Counted from the first letter of the stretch, positions 1 through 8,485 are shown. The stretch: 64,000 bases of DNA from an uncultured Gemmatimonadaceae bacterium (GCA_963817955.1 CAWFQK010000001.1:480001-544000); one strand, 5' to 3'. Notes: a model not told the origin generated them from the letters alone. Numbers and translations are program-made.

Positions 1-763
1 CTCGGCTTCGAAGCCCGCGCCTTGGAAGCCCGTGCGAAGGAACGCCAGAAATTCCGGCCGGGGGATCGGGCCGAGGAGGAGGCGCTGGCCGAGGCGGTAG
101 AAGGCCCGAGCCGGGTCGCTGGTCATGTCGGCCAGCAAGCGCGTCGCGGAACCGGCGAAGATGTAGCCGACGTGCCGGTGCTGCTGGACCGACGCGCGGA
201 TCTGGCGCTCCGCGGTCTCGCCGCCTAGCGCGATCACCTGCTGGAACTCGTCGATCATCACCGTCGCGTTACGCCCAGTCTCCGCGGCGAGCCGGTCAAT
301 GGCGTCCAAGACGTCCACTAGAATGGGCAGCGCCCGGGCGCCTTCCGCGGTCCCAGCACCTCCGATGGAAGACCCTGATCGCCTGCTCCTCGAGGTTGTA
401 GCTCACCTCCGGCTTCAGCGCGCCCGCCAACCGCTTGAGTAGCGCCCCGGCGCGCTCGGCCGTAGTCGCCATCTGGCGCGTGGCGGCCGAGAGCAGCGCC
501 TGGGCGAGCAGGTCCAGGGTCTCGTACCGCTCCGCGTCGTAGCGCAGCACGAGCGCCCCGTCGGCCCCGGCGACGGTGGCCGCCGCCGCCAGGAGCGACG
601 TCTTGCCAAACCGACGCGGCCCAATGAGAAACAGGCGGTCCAAGTTCTGGATCGACCGGACCACCTGATCAATCTCGGCGGTCCGGTCCACGAGTTCCTC
701 GCGTCCTAGCTCGCGACCGTACTCGAACGGGTTGCGGATCGGCTGCTGTGGACGTGGCGGCAT
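1..763 (-). CDS. P-loop (AAA/archaeal-type) ATPase; one frameshift near 370; runs off the left edge
   Basis: NPFEYG start and Walker A GPRRFGKT in ORF 296..763. Removing one base near 370 continues the frame through Walker B VMIDEFQ and YIFAGS to position 1. Paralog of 1621..2832. Confidence 0.85.
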
Positions 764-780
764 ACCCCTCCGAGAAATCC

Positions 781-830
781 ACTTCGCATTCTGCGTTTCG
801 CATTATGCGATTCGCACAATGCGAAGTCAA
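781..830 (-). promoter_or_regulatory. sigma70-like promoter overlapped by three 14-bp palindromic repeats
   Basis: Minus strand TTGACT-17bp-CATAAT. Units ttcgcattctgcgt, ttcgcattatgcga and ttcgcacaatgcga start at 783, 797 and 811. Confidence 0.7.
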
Positions 831-1048
831 GCTCTGAGGCCACTCCAGTCTCTGCGATCGGGGGCGGCCGGCGACCCCCCGAACAACACGAGGCGACCCG
901 AATATGGACGTGCGTACCGCCAAAGGCGACTGAACAGCCCCACGCGCACTAATACTGCTTTGGCCGAGGTTCAGCGATAACCGGACGAGTACCGCGCGGG
1001 CAGTGGATGATCGAGCGGGGGCTGGCGGGGGCTGGCGGGGGCTGGCGC

Positions 1049-1287
1049 AAGCGATCGGGACGGCGGGTGACAGTGATCAGTCATCAGTGCGTGGGTCGTC
1101 AGGCCTCAGTGACTGAGGACCCCGACAGCCCTCGATCGGGCGAGGAGACCCGCGACCATCCACCACCATTAAGAACGCGCGGCCACGAAAGCCGGCCCGA
1201 GCGAGAACCCGTCGCGTAGCCGCGCGACTGATGACTGAGCACCGCGTACTGATGACTGAAGACAGTCACCCGCCGTCCCGATCGCTT
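1049..1287. repeat. ~239-bp element with terminal inverted repeats (MITE-like or structured RNA), copy 1
   Basis: Perfect 23-bp inverted repeat aagcgatcgggacggcgggtgac (1049-1071 / 1265-1287), extending imperfectly to ~40 bp. Inverted second copy at 3418-3654. Confidence 0.85.
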
Positions 1288-1349
1288 TACCTCGCGTGGC
1301 GTCGCCGGACCCAGCCGCAGAGGTTCGCGTCGTTACCTGCGGGCCGACT

Positions 1350-1582
1350 GCACGAGCATACCGACCCCTGCCGGGACACTCCCAAGCCCGCCCAGACTCG
1401 TCAGATCAATGCCGTCCAAGTCAACAAAAACCCCTCTCGATCGGGCCCACGCCTGGTGGAGAACCCGGGTAGACGCGGACCAATACGTCGTGGATCCGAG
1501 CGAGAGCCCGAACGCAGCGCGCATACCACAGCACCACGCTCGAAGGCTATCGCATCACCAAGGAACTTTCTGACGCGATCGT
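1350..1582 (+). pseudogene. Internally deleted copy of the Fic gene region
   Basis: 1350-1376 = 6725-6751; 1376-1519 = 6857-7000 (4 mismatches); 1520-1582 = 7825-7887 (identical). The last segment is joined out of frame. Confidence 0.92.
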
Positions 1583-1620
1583 TCGGCGCGGGGAGTGCGC
1601 ACTTGGAGCCGGGAGCCTCA

Positions 1621-2832
1621 CTACTTGTATTCGTCCGTTGCCGACGCGATGTGCGATGGACTGAGATGCATGGCAATGTCTGGCAGTGCGTGGACGATGA
1701 TCCAGCCCCTCAGAAACGGGCTATCGAAGCAGTAACCGCTCCCGTGAACAGTTCGCATGAGGCGGCCGTCCTCGACAAAAGCCTTGAGGGTGTTTGAGAC
1801 ACTTCCGGATTCAAGAGCAAAACGCTTGCGGGTCGCTTTCGTCGTGAGTCCTTGATCGGTCGCCGCCACGGCACGTAGCACATTTTGCTGGGTCGGCGTG
1901 AGTTTGCTCCACCACGCCTCGCTCTGATCGGCTGACTCGTCGATGATTTCTTGAAGTGCTGATGCCACGGTAAGGTGGTCCACGACCGCGCCATCGGGTG
2001 CGATATCTACGCACTTGCGCGCGAGTCGCACGATGTCGCGGGTGCGAGCTCCGGCGACGTCGACACACACCTGACCCGCCCCGTTGGGCACGAGACCAAC
2101 GCTGCGCATGCGCTCATCAATCCAGGCGGACATGTGATCGCGGTCAATCGGCCCGAAGGCGTGGTGGTCGAGTAGATCGTAGAACGCGCGATCTTTGCCT
2201 ACCATTGCTTGAAGGAGGGCGGGCTGGGACCCAGCAACGATGTAGCTCATGTTGTGATGATGCTGCATCACTCCGCGGAGATGCCATTCGCCCTGTTCTC
2301 CAGCGAGGCGTGTGATCTCCTGGAACTCGTCAAGCACAAGCCCCAGTGTCACACCGCGCGTTTTCGCCAGGTCGTTCAGGGTGTCGAGGACCCGTGCGAG
2401 AGACGCTTGCTGTACCTCCAGGTTCTCTTGCCGCACGCCAAGCTCGAGGCTCGCGCCTAACAATCCTGTCGACGGGTCGGGGGTCACTTTGACGCCGCCC
2501 TGAAATCGAGTGACGAAGTCTGAAATGAAGGTTGTCCAGCGTCTGCCGAGGATCTTTGTAGCCCCATCGAGGATGCGGTTCGCCATGTCCGCGATGGTGG
2601 TGACGGTCGAGATGTCAGCGAGAAACGCATGACCACCCCCGGCATTGACGGCCTCGACAGCATTGTCGAGTGTGGAGGTTTTCCCCATTCGACGCTGTCC
2701 GTACACCATCATCTTGGCGCAGGGCTCCATCAAGACGCGGCGAAAGATGGCGATCTCCTCCTCTCTGTCCGTAAAGAATGGCTTTCGAACCGCACCATGG
2801 ATACGGAATGGATTCTCGAGGTCGGTGGCCAT
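1621..2832 (-). CDS. P-loop (AAA/archaeal-type) ATPase with probable C-terminal winged HTH
   Basis: 403 aa; NPF start, Walker A GQRRMGKT, Walker B LVLDEFQ, YIVAGS; C-terminal LTPTQQNVLRAVA...FDSPFLRGW. Confidence 0.88.
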   Translation of the reverse strand: MATDLENPFRIHGAVRKPFFTDREEEIAIFRRVLMEPCAKMMVYGQRRMGKTSTLDNAVEAVNAGGGHAFLADISTVTTIADMANRILDGATKILGRRWTTFISDFVTRFQGGVKVTPDPSTGLLGASLELGVRQENLEVQQASLARVLDTLNDLAKTRGVTLGLVLDEFQEITRLAGEQGEWHLRGVMQHHHNMSYIVAGSQPALLQAMVGKDRAFYDLLDHHAFGPIDRDHMSAWIDERMRSVGLVPNGAGQVCVDVAGARTRDIVRLARKCVDIAPDGAVVDHLTVASALQEIIDESADQSEAWWSKLTPTQQNVLRAVAATDQGLTTKATRKRFALESGSVSNTLKAFVEDGRLMRTVHGSGYCFDSPFLRGWIIVHALPDIAMHLSPSHIASATDEYK

Positions 2833-2866
2833 GTCACTACCCAGTGGACGGGATAAATGTGTAACA

Positions 2867-2922
2867 AATAACAGTGTTATTCTCTACACTGTAGCTTACT
2901 ACAGTAATCCCTGTACCGTAAT
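2867..2922. promoter_or_regulatory. Array of ~15-bp-spaced, partly palindromic repeats upstream of the ATPase
   Basis: aataacagtgttatt, ctacactgtag, ctacagtaat and gtaccgtaat; cores at 2871, 2886, 2901 and 2915; AT-rich. Confidence 0.55.
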
Positions 2923-2988
2923 ACGCTGGTAAAGGCTGCTCGGGCGCGCCAACCACTGCTCGGCCTTACTGGACCGGAACGCGCGGCC

Positions 2989-3055
2989 ATGCTGCGGCGT
3001 CGAAGTAGTCGAAGGGGTCGTGCTTGATGACGCGCGAGAATCGCCCGTAGAGAGG
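2989..3055 (-). pseudogene. Short relic of an archaeal-type ATPase gene
   Basis: Translates as PLYGRFSRVIKHDPFDYFDAAA, resembling the PLYGR..L.PF.Y motif of that family. Confidence 0.55.
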
Positions 3056-3121
3056 GTGTTAGACTTCAGCAGTACCCGTCCGCTATTGGGTGCCCTATCT
3101 TCCTTTCGTACACTCCCGGGG

Positions 3122-3226
3122 ATGACGATGGCGACTCCTTACAGCGAACTCGAAGCCATGCGACAAGAGGCACGCCGCACCCTCCCGCCGTCGGCTCCCA
3201 CGGCACCTAACGGCGCTGCTGACTGA
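3122..3226 (+). CDS. 34-aa ORF or gene relic
   Basis: TTGGGT-17bp-TACACT (3086-3114) lies just upstream of the ATG. Product MTMATPYSELEAMRQEARRT...; no recognisable family. Confidence 0.3.
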   Translation: MTMATPYSELEAMRQEARRTLPPSAPTAPNGAAD

Positions 3227-3278
3227 GCGACTTCTGAGCTGTCCGACAGCCGGCAGCGGTTGGCTCTCCGTTCACAGA

Positions 3279-3351
3279 GATTCTTCGCTTTGCTCAGGAT
3301 GACAGGGGATTTGCTCAGGATGACAGGCATCCCGTGTCCCGTGTCCCGTGG
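3279..3351. repeat. CAGGATGACA repeats plus (CCCGTGT)3 heptamers, copy 1
   Basis: tttgctcaggatgacagg at 3289 and 3310; heptamers at 3331-3351. Confidence 0.8.
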
Positions 3352-3417
3352 TTCAGCGCTGGCGGCGGTAGCGGCGCGAACCGTTGAGACTGGGTCCGCA
3401 GCGGCGCGCGGGATCTC

Positions 3418-3654
3418 GCGATCGGGACAGCGGGTGACTGTCTTCAGTCATCAGTAAACGGTGGTCAGTCGTCAGTCGCGCGGCTACGCGACGGGTTCTC
3501 GCTCAGGCCGGCTTTCGCGGCCGCGCGTCTTATTGGGGGGTGGATGGTCGTGGGTCTGTTCGCCCGATCGAGGGCTGTCGGGGTCCTCCGTCACTGAGGA
3601 CTGACAACCCACGCACTGATGACTGATCACAGTCACCCGTCGTCCCGATCGCTT
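3418..3654. repeat. Palindromic element copy 2, inverted relative to 1049-1287
   Basis: Reverse complement aligns along the whole of copy 1 with scattered substitutions; similarity continues to ~3710 versus ~975. Confidence 0.85.
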
Positions 3655-3857
3655 GCGCCAGCCCACGCTCGAACATCCGCCGACTGCGCGGCAGTCGTCC
3701 GCGGTATCGCTCGGAGGATCGCTCAGACCTACGGCAATTTCGCCCGCACCGACACGGTGCGGTACGCCGCATCGGGCGACGCATCCCCTTTCGGCCAATC
3801 GAGCTCCTTCCCCTACTATGTGGGTCTCAGCAGGTTCGCTCAAGGCATAGCCGTCTC

Positions 3858-4652
3858 TCACTCACGCACCTGCGGTAACACGCCACCCGGTGTGCCGAAG
3901 TGTGGCGTCAGCGAGGCAGACGCCCGCGCATCGGCCGTCGGCATGGCGAATGCTCCCGCCTCGGTTGACCAGTACAGACAACCGATCTCGTCCGGCGGTC
4001 GCGATCGAATGAATGCCTCAGCCGAGCCAAGCGCCGCCAGCCAGTCCGTCTTGGCCGCGATCAGGTCGAACGGCTCCGCGAGATCGAGGCGCGCAAAGTC
4101 TTCTGGCCGGTACCGGCCACTCCGCTTGAGCAACTCGAGCAGCGACAACGGAGTGAAACCGGGGTCCTTTCCTGCTGCGGCCCAACAGACGGCGCCGAGT
4201 GGGAGCACGCGCGCGTTGATGAACAGAATGTCCACGAAATCGCGCGGTTCATCGCGTCCGACCAGCGCGAGCACCTTGTTGATTGCCAGGTCGACGGGGT
4301 GGAGCAACCATCCGCCAAGCGGGTCACGCACGAGCGGCATGAAACGCCACGCCGAGACGTGCGCCCAGTCCACCCGCGTCGACCGCTCGCCCAGCGCCAC
4401 GATGGCGCGCACAAATCCGGGCTGGCTGATCTCGACCGTCACGGCATATCCGGCCGCCTCGAGGCGCACCCGGTTGTCGTTGAATGCCGCGGCCACTCGC
4501 TTGACTGAATCGTGGAAGAAGTCCAGGTCGTTGCTGAAGCGCGTGGAGTTTGGCGCGAAGTGGAGCGCCGCCCCTCCGGCGAGATAGCTCTCGCCCTCAC
4601 ATGTGGTGGCCAGCTCCGCGAGCAACTTCCGCTGGAAGTCGGTTAGCGGCAC
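3858..4652 (-). CDS. AbiEii/AbiGii-family nucleotidyltransferase toxin
   Basis: YLAGGAAL...RFSNDLDFF and NKVLAL.GR..PRDFVDI motifs. Likely GTG start at 4652, overlapping the stop of the upstream ORF. Confidence 0.85.
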   Translation of the reverse strand: MPLTDFQRKLLAELATTCEGESYLAGGAALHFAPNSTRFSNDLDFFHDSVKRVAAAFNDNRVRLEAAGYAVTVEISQPGFVRAIVALGERSTRVDWAHVSAWRFMPLVRDPLGGWLLHPVDLAINKVLALVGRDEPRDFVDILFINARVLPLGAVCWAAAGKDPGFTPLSLLELLKRSGRYRPEDFARLDLAEPFDLIAAKTDWLAALGSAEAFIRSRPPDEIGCLYWSTEAGAFAMPTADARASASLTPHFGTPGGVLPQVRE

Positions 4653-4906
4653 AGTCGCGACCCCACGCGCCATGCCTCGCGATTGCCGTGCTTCATGAGC
4701 TGCTCTGCGACCCACGGCACGTCGTCGCGCGTGATGGCAAGGTCGGACCGATACGACCAAAAACATGACGAGTGAAACCGATGAAATGCACGCCGTGCCT
4801 CGCGAACATTTGCCATGCCGCGCGCGGTGGCGGGATCGAGCGTGCGACGGCTCTTGAGGCCTCCGCGCCTACCGATGGCAGAGAGGTACTTGCGGATCGA
4901 CGACAT
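4643..4906 (-). CDS. Small putative antitoxin
   Basis: 87 aa, directly upstream of and overlapping the toxin. N-terminal YLSAIGRRGG; C-terminal CFWSY...VAEQLMKHGNREAW (DUF6922-like). Confidence 0.7.
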   Translation of the reverse strand: MSSIRKYLSAIGRRGGLKSRRTLDPATARGMANVREARRAFHRFHSSCFWSYRSDLAITRDDVPWVAEQLMKHGNREAWRVGSRLCR

Positions 4907-5038
4907 GATCAGTCGTAGTCCGCTTATGATCTAAAGTCAATACAGTAAACACTATACCTTCCTGGCCGGAGGGCAGCCGCTCTCTGCAGCCGGCTGTGGG
5001 CTATAGTGCGCCTAGGCCTGCGGCACCCCGCCAGGGCC

Positions 5039-5102
5039 TTGACGCTTTCTTCCCTTTATGTAATGTTCTTCGAGAACAGCCGCTTTCTTACCTTTACGTA
5101 AT
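5039..5102 (+). promoter_or_regulatory. hipBA promoter with two 22-bp operator-like direct repeats
   Basis: TTGACG-16bp-TAATGT. Repeats cgctttcttccctttatgtaat (5043) and cgctttcttacctttacgtaat (5081), with hairpin tgttct-tcg-agaaca between them. Confidence 0.65.
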
Positions 5103-5110
5103 CTCAAGAC

Positions 5111-5368
5111 GTGGAGCTTACCCCGCGCATCATTCAGACCCCCGAAGAGTTCGGCGCGGTGCTCCGCGCCGAACGACGCGCGCGCCACCTGACCCAAGCA
5201 AAGGCGGCCGCCCTAGCTGGCGTGAGCGAACGCCTGTGGAACGAGACCGAACGTGGGAAGCGTTTGCAGCTCGGCATGGATACCGCCCTCCGGATGCTCC
5301 AGACCCTCGGGTTCGATCTTGGCCTCGTAGCCCGGACGCGCCGCGGAACGTCGTCAGGAGCATACTGA
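5111..5368 (+). CDS. hipB: XRE HTH antitoxin, HipB-like
   Basis: 85 aa; LTQAKAAALAGVSERLWNETERGK; directly upstream of hipA. Confidence 0.85.
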   Translation: MELTPRIIQTPEEFGAVLRAERRARHLTQAKAAALAGVSERLWNETERGKRLQLGMDTALRMLQTLGFDLGLVARTRRGTSSGAY

Positions 5369-5369
5369 G

Positions 5370-6713
5370 ATGATGGTCCCGCGCGCGGCCAACCGCTACG
5401 ACACGTCGTCGCCCAAGCTCGACGTCATGCTCCGTGATGTGCCGACCGGCACGGTGGGGGAGTCCGACGCGAGCGTGTGGTTTCTGTACGACGACGCGAT
5501 TGTCCGCTCGGACTCCGGCGATCGGTTGAGCGCGCAGGCGATCTCCGTGCGGATGCCAGTGGCAGCCGCGCCATACGATCACGCGGCAACCCTCGTGTTC
5601 TTCGACAACCTTCTGCTCGAGTCCGACACTCGGTCGGAACTCGCCCAGCTCGATGGGCGCGACGCCTCCGATGTGGCCGGCCTGCTCGGCCGCGTGGGGG
5701 CCGAGTGCGCCGGCGCCGTGTCCCTTTGGCCTCACGACGCGCCGAGTGCGGCGCGCTCCTATCGCGAACTCTCGATCGCGGAGGTCGAAGCGCTGTTCGA
5801 TGAACGTCATGGGGAACGTTTCTCCCAAGCGCTCCTCGAAAGCCAGCAGGTCATGAGCGGCGCGCAACGGAAGCTCGTGCTTCGTCGCCACGGCGACACA
5901 TGGGCGCTCCCGTTGCACGGCGCACCGAGCACCCATCTCATCAAACGCTCGAGTGGACGCTACGATGGCCTCGTGGCCAACGAACTCGCGTGCCTGCGGC
6001 TCGCGAACACACTGGGACTGACAGTGCCAGAGGCGTGGAGCGCGGGCACCGTGACAACGTGGCCGGACGGCACGGCGGAACCACGCCTGATCGCCGTCAC
6101 CCGATTCGACCGTGTGGTGCACGTGGACGGGCCAATCACGCGACTCCATCAGGAAGACCTCTGTCAGATCACTGGTCGGCGGCCCAGCTCCAAGTACCAA
6201 GCGACCGGGGGACCAACCCTCCGTGATCTCGCCACAACGATCCGCCGCTACAGCGTGTCGCCGGACACCGACCTTCAGGCCGCACTCACCATGGCCGTCG
6301 CCAATGTGTGCCTCGGCAACGGCGACGCGCATGGTAAGAACTTCGCTCTCCTCTCAAACGCGGACGGTGGGCGTCGACTCGCCCCGTTTTACGACGTCGT
6401 TTCCACCGACGTCTACGCGGCGCTCAGTCCGACCTTCGCGATGACGTTCGGCCATGCGGTGCGCGCCACCGAGTTGAGTGCGAGCGATCTCGCACGCGTC
6501 GCTCGCGACTTTGGCGTAAGCCCGTCTCTCGTCCGAACGACCGTCCAGTCAGTCACCACGACGTTGCCGGCGGAGCTGGACAACGTACTCGATGGGGTAG
6601 AAAAGGAAGTCGGCGTGGCGACACCGGTGCTCCAACGCCTCAGCGCACTCGTGCGCGCGCGCACCGCGCAGATGGAAGGGCTACTCGTACGTGACAAGAA
6701 GGGCCACGGCTGA
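5370..6713 (+). CDS. hipA: HipA-family kinase toxin with N-terminal HipA domain
   Basis: SGAQRK, STHLIK, RLHQEDLCQ, GNGDAHGKNFA and LAPFYD motifs. Confidence 0.93.
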   Translation: MMVPRAANRYDTSSPKLDVMLRDVPTGTVGESDASVWFLYDDAIVRSDSGDRLSAQAISVRMPVAAAPYDHAATLVFFDNLLLESDTRSELAQLDGRDASDVAGLLGRVGAECAGAVSLWPHDAPSAARSYRELSIAEVEALFDERHGERFSQALLESQQVMSGAQRKLVLRRHGDTWALPLHGAPSTHLIKRSSGRYDGLVANELACLRLANTLGLTVPEAWSAGTVTTWPDGTAEPRLIAVTRFDRVVHVDGPITRLHQEDLCQITGRRPSSKYQATGGPTLRDLATTIRRYSVSPDTDLQAALTMAVANVCLGNGDAHGKNFALLSNADGGRRLAPFYDVVSTDVYAALSPTFAMTFGHAVRATELSASDLARVARDFGVSPSLVRTTVQSVTTTLPAELDNVLDGVEKEVGVATPVLQRLSALVRARTAQMEGLLVRDKKGHG

Positions 6714-6770
6714 GCTGTCCGACAGCACGAGCATACCGACCCCTGCCGGGAGCAGCATCACCCTTGTGTT

Positions 6771-6836
6771 TTAGAGGAAAACACAGCCTAATTATTATAG
6801 GAAAAGACAGCATAAATATTAGAGTGAAAGGCAGCG
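6771..6836 (+). promoter_or_regulatory. Three AT-rich 24-bp direct repeats upstream of the Fic gene
   Basis: ttagaggaaaacacagcctaatta (6771), ttataggaaaagacagcataaata (6795), ttagagtgaaaggcagcg (6819). Confidence 0.7.
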
Positions 6837-6889
6837 TCGCCTTGGACTAGGCGACTACACTCCCAATCCCGCCCAGACTCGTCAGATCA

Positions 6890-8485
6890 ATGCCGTCCAA
6901 GTCGACAAAAACCCCTCTCGATCGAGCCCGCGCCTGGTGGAGAACCCGGGTAGACGCGGACCAATACGTCGTGGATCCGAGCGAGAGCCCGAACGCAGCG
7001 ATTACCAAGCTCCTTCGGTCAGAACGGCTGGTCCTCGAGGTCGCCGGTCGGCGGGTCTGGATTCTCACGACCCCGAACCGGGTGGACGACCGCGCGGTAT
7101 TCCTCGCGAACTATTGGCCGGTTCTGGCGCACGCGCTTCATCGCTATCTGCCCGCTGCGGTCGTCGGCATTGACGCCGTCCGCTTACATCTCGATGACTT
7201 CACGATCCCCACCGAGGTGACCGCCTGGCATCGGGCGAACGCGAGCACGTACGATCTGGAACTCACGACGGAGTTCACGCTCCGACTCCGTCCTGAACTG
7301 CCAGAGTCCGATCCGGCGAGTACGATCACCAAAATCGCTGCGCCCGGTGGCGCGCAGATACCCGTTCTCGCGCCTGCCCCCCTTCTCCTGACACTCACGG
7401 AGCCGGAGATCGCGCGCGGTATCGAATCGGTGACAGCCTGGATCCGTCACCTTGTCCTGCCGCAACCCCAGTTGGATGCCTCCATCGAGGCCGCTCCACG
7501 CCCCGTAGTCCTCCAGCGTATCGCCGACATTGCGAGCGATGCAGGAAACCCCAGTCTCTCGCGGCAGCTCGATCAGGCCGCCAAGCGGGTCTCCTCGACG
7601 CGGGTGACGCCGTCCCGTACCGGGGTTGGCGGCCGCATCGTCGTGCCAGCTGTGGTGCAGGAGCTCGCCCGCGGCACCGGCACATCGTGGACCGACGAGC
7701 AACAGATGAGGCTTGCCCGCGAGAACACGGAGATCGCCACCGCCCTCGCGCCGTATCTCGAAGGTCTGCCGAAACTCACCCTGCGGCAGCTGCTAGCGCA
7801 CGCCCAGCAGGCGAAGGCCTACGACGCATACCACAGCACCACGCTCGAAGGCTATCGCATCACCAAGGAACTTTCTGACGCGATCGTCGCCGGTGAACCT
7901 CTGCCCGACGGACCGCAGGACGAGGAAACGCTGCGCGCCGCAATGGCGGTCCAGGGCTACTCTCATGCCTTTGACGCGGTCCTGACGCTCGCTCGCTCGG
8001 ACGAGCCGATCACGCGCGCCACTATCCTCGATCTGTACGAAGCCCTCTTCCGGCCATCCGTCGATGCTGGGCGGGTCGAGGCGCACATGCTCCGCGGATG
8101 GCGCACGTCGGGCGTCTCGCTGCGCGGGTATCGTCACACGCCGCCGAGTCCCCGCAAGCTCCACGACCTTCTCGTCGGCCTCGAGCAGGACGCCGCCGTC
8201 CCGACCGATCCACCGGCCGTGCGCGCCCTCGTGCTACATCTTGAATTCGTCACGATCCACCCGTTCCTCGATGGCAACGGCCGTCTCGGGCGGTTGCTCA
8301 TGAACCTCGAACTGCTCCGATCCGGGTTGCCATGGATCACGGTGCGGTCGGACGAGCGCATTCCATTCTTCAAGTCTATCGAGCGCGCCCAAGTGGACTA
8401 CGACGTAGCGCCATTCGCGAAATTCCTCGGGAACCTCATGAAGACAGTAGCTGAGGACGCGAAGCCGCGCGGTCGGCGGCGTTAA
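6890..8485 (+). CDS. Fic-family protein with long N-terminal extension
   Basis: 531 aa; DAYHSTTLEGY and canonical HPFLDGNGRLGR. Confidence 0.92.
   Translation: MPSKSTKTPLDRARAWWRTRVDADQYVVDPSESPNAAITKLLRSERLVLEVAGRRVWILTTPNRVDDRAVFLANYWPVLAHALHRYLPAAVVGIDAVRLHLDDFTIPTEVTAWHRANASTYDLELTTEFTLRLRPELPESDPASTITKIAAPGGAQIPVLAPAPLLLTLTEPEIARGIESVTAWIRHLVLPQPQLDASIEAAPRPVVLQRIADIASDAGNPSLSRQLDQAAKRVSSTRVTPSRTGVGGRIVVPAVVQELARGTGTSWTDEQQMRLARENTEIATALAPYLEGLPKLTLRQLLAHAQQAKAYDAYHSTTLEGYRITKELSDAIVAGEPLPDGPQDEETLRAAMAVQGYSHAFDAVLTLARSDEPITRATILDLYEALFRPSVDAGRVEAHMLRGWRTSGVSLRGYRHTPPSPRKLHDLLVGLEQDAAVPTDPPAVRALVLHLEFVTIHPFLDGNGRLGRLLMNLELLRSGLPWITVRSDERIPFFKSIERAQVDYDVAPFAKFLGNLMKTVAEDAKPRGRRR

Noticed and set aside
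1017..1046. 10-bp tandem repeat ggggctggcg x3
   Set aside because: Simple slippage; the homologous flank at ~3655 has one unit.
1180..1265. Hammerhead ribozyme (CTGATGA and GAAA present)
   Set aside because: GAAA does not follow CTGATGA via a stem II; CTGATGA comes from the heptamer repeats.
3364..3375. ops-like GGCGGTAGCG
   Set aside because: Lacks the terminal TG, is far from and opposite to the upxY leaders, and is explained as a variant of the Fic 3' tail.
4907..4960. Promoter/operator for the AbiE pair
   Set aside because: TTGACT is present on the minus strand, but I found no convincing -10 or repeat array.
5130..6332. Long antisense ORFs (also 3619..4587, 8791..9888, 11134..12330, 28110..29195, 47165..48157)
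   Set aside because: Shadows of real genes in high-GC DNA; no recognisable motifs.
6771..6836. CRISPR array (also considered at 12461-12528 and 46810-46910)
   Set aside because: The repeats are tandem, without unique spacers, and no cas genes are present.
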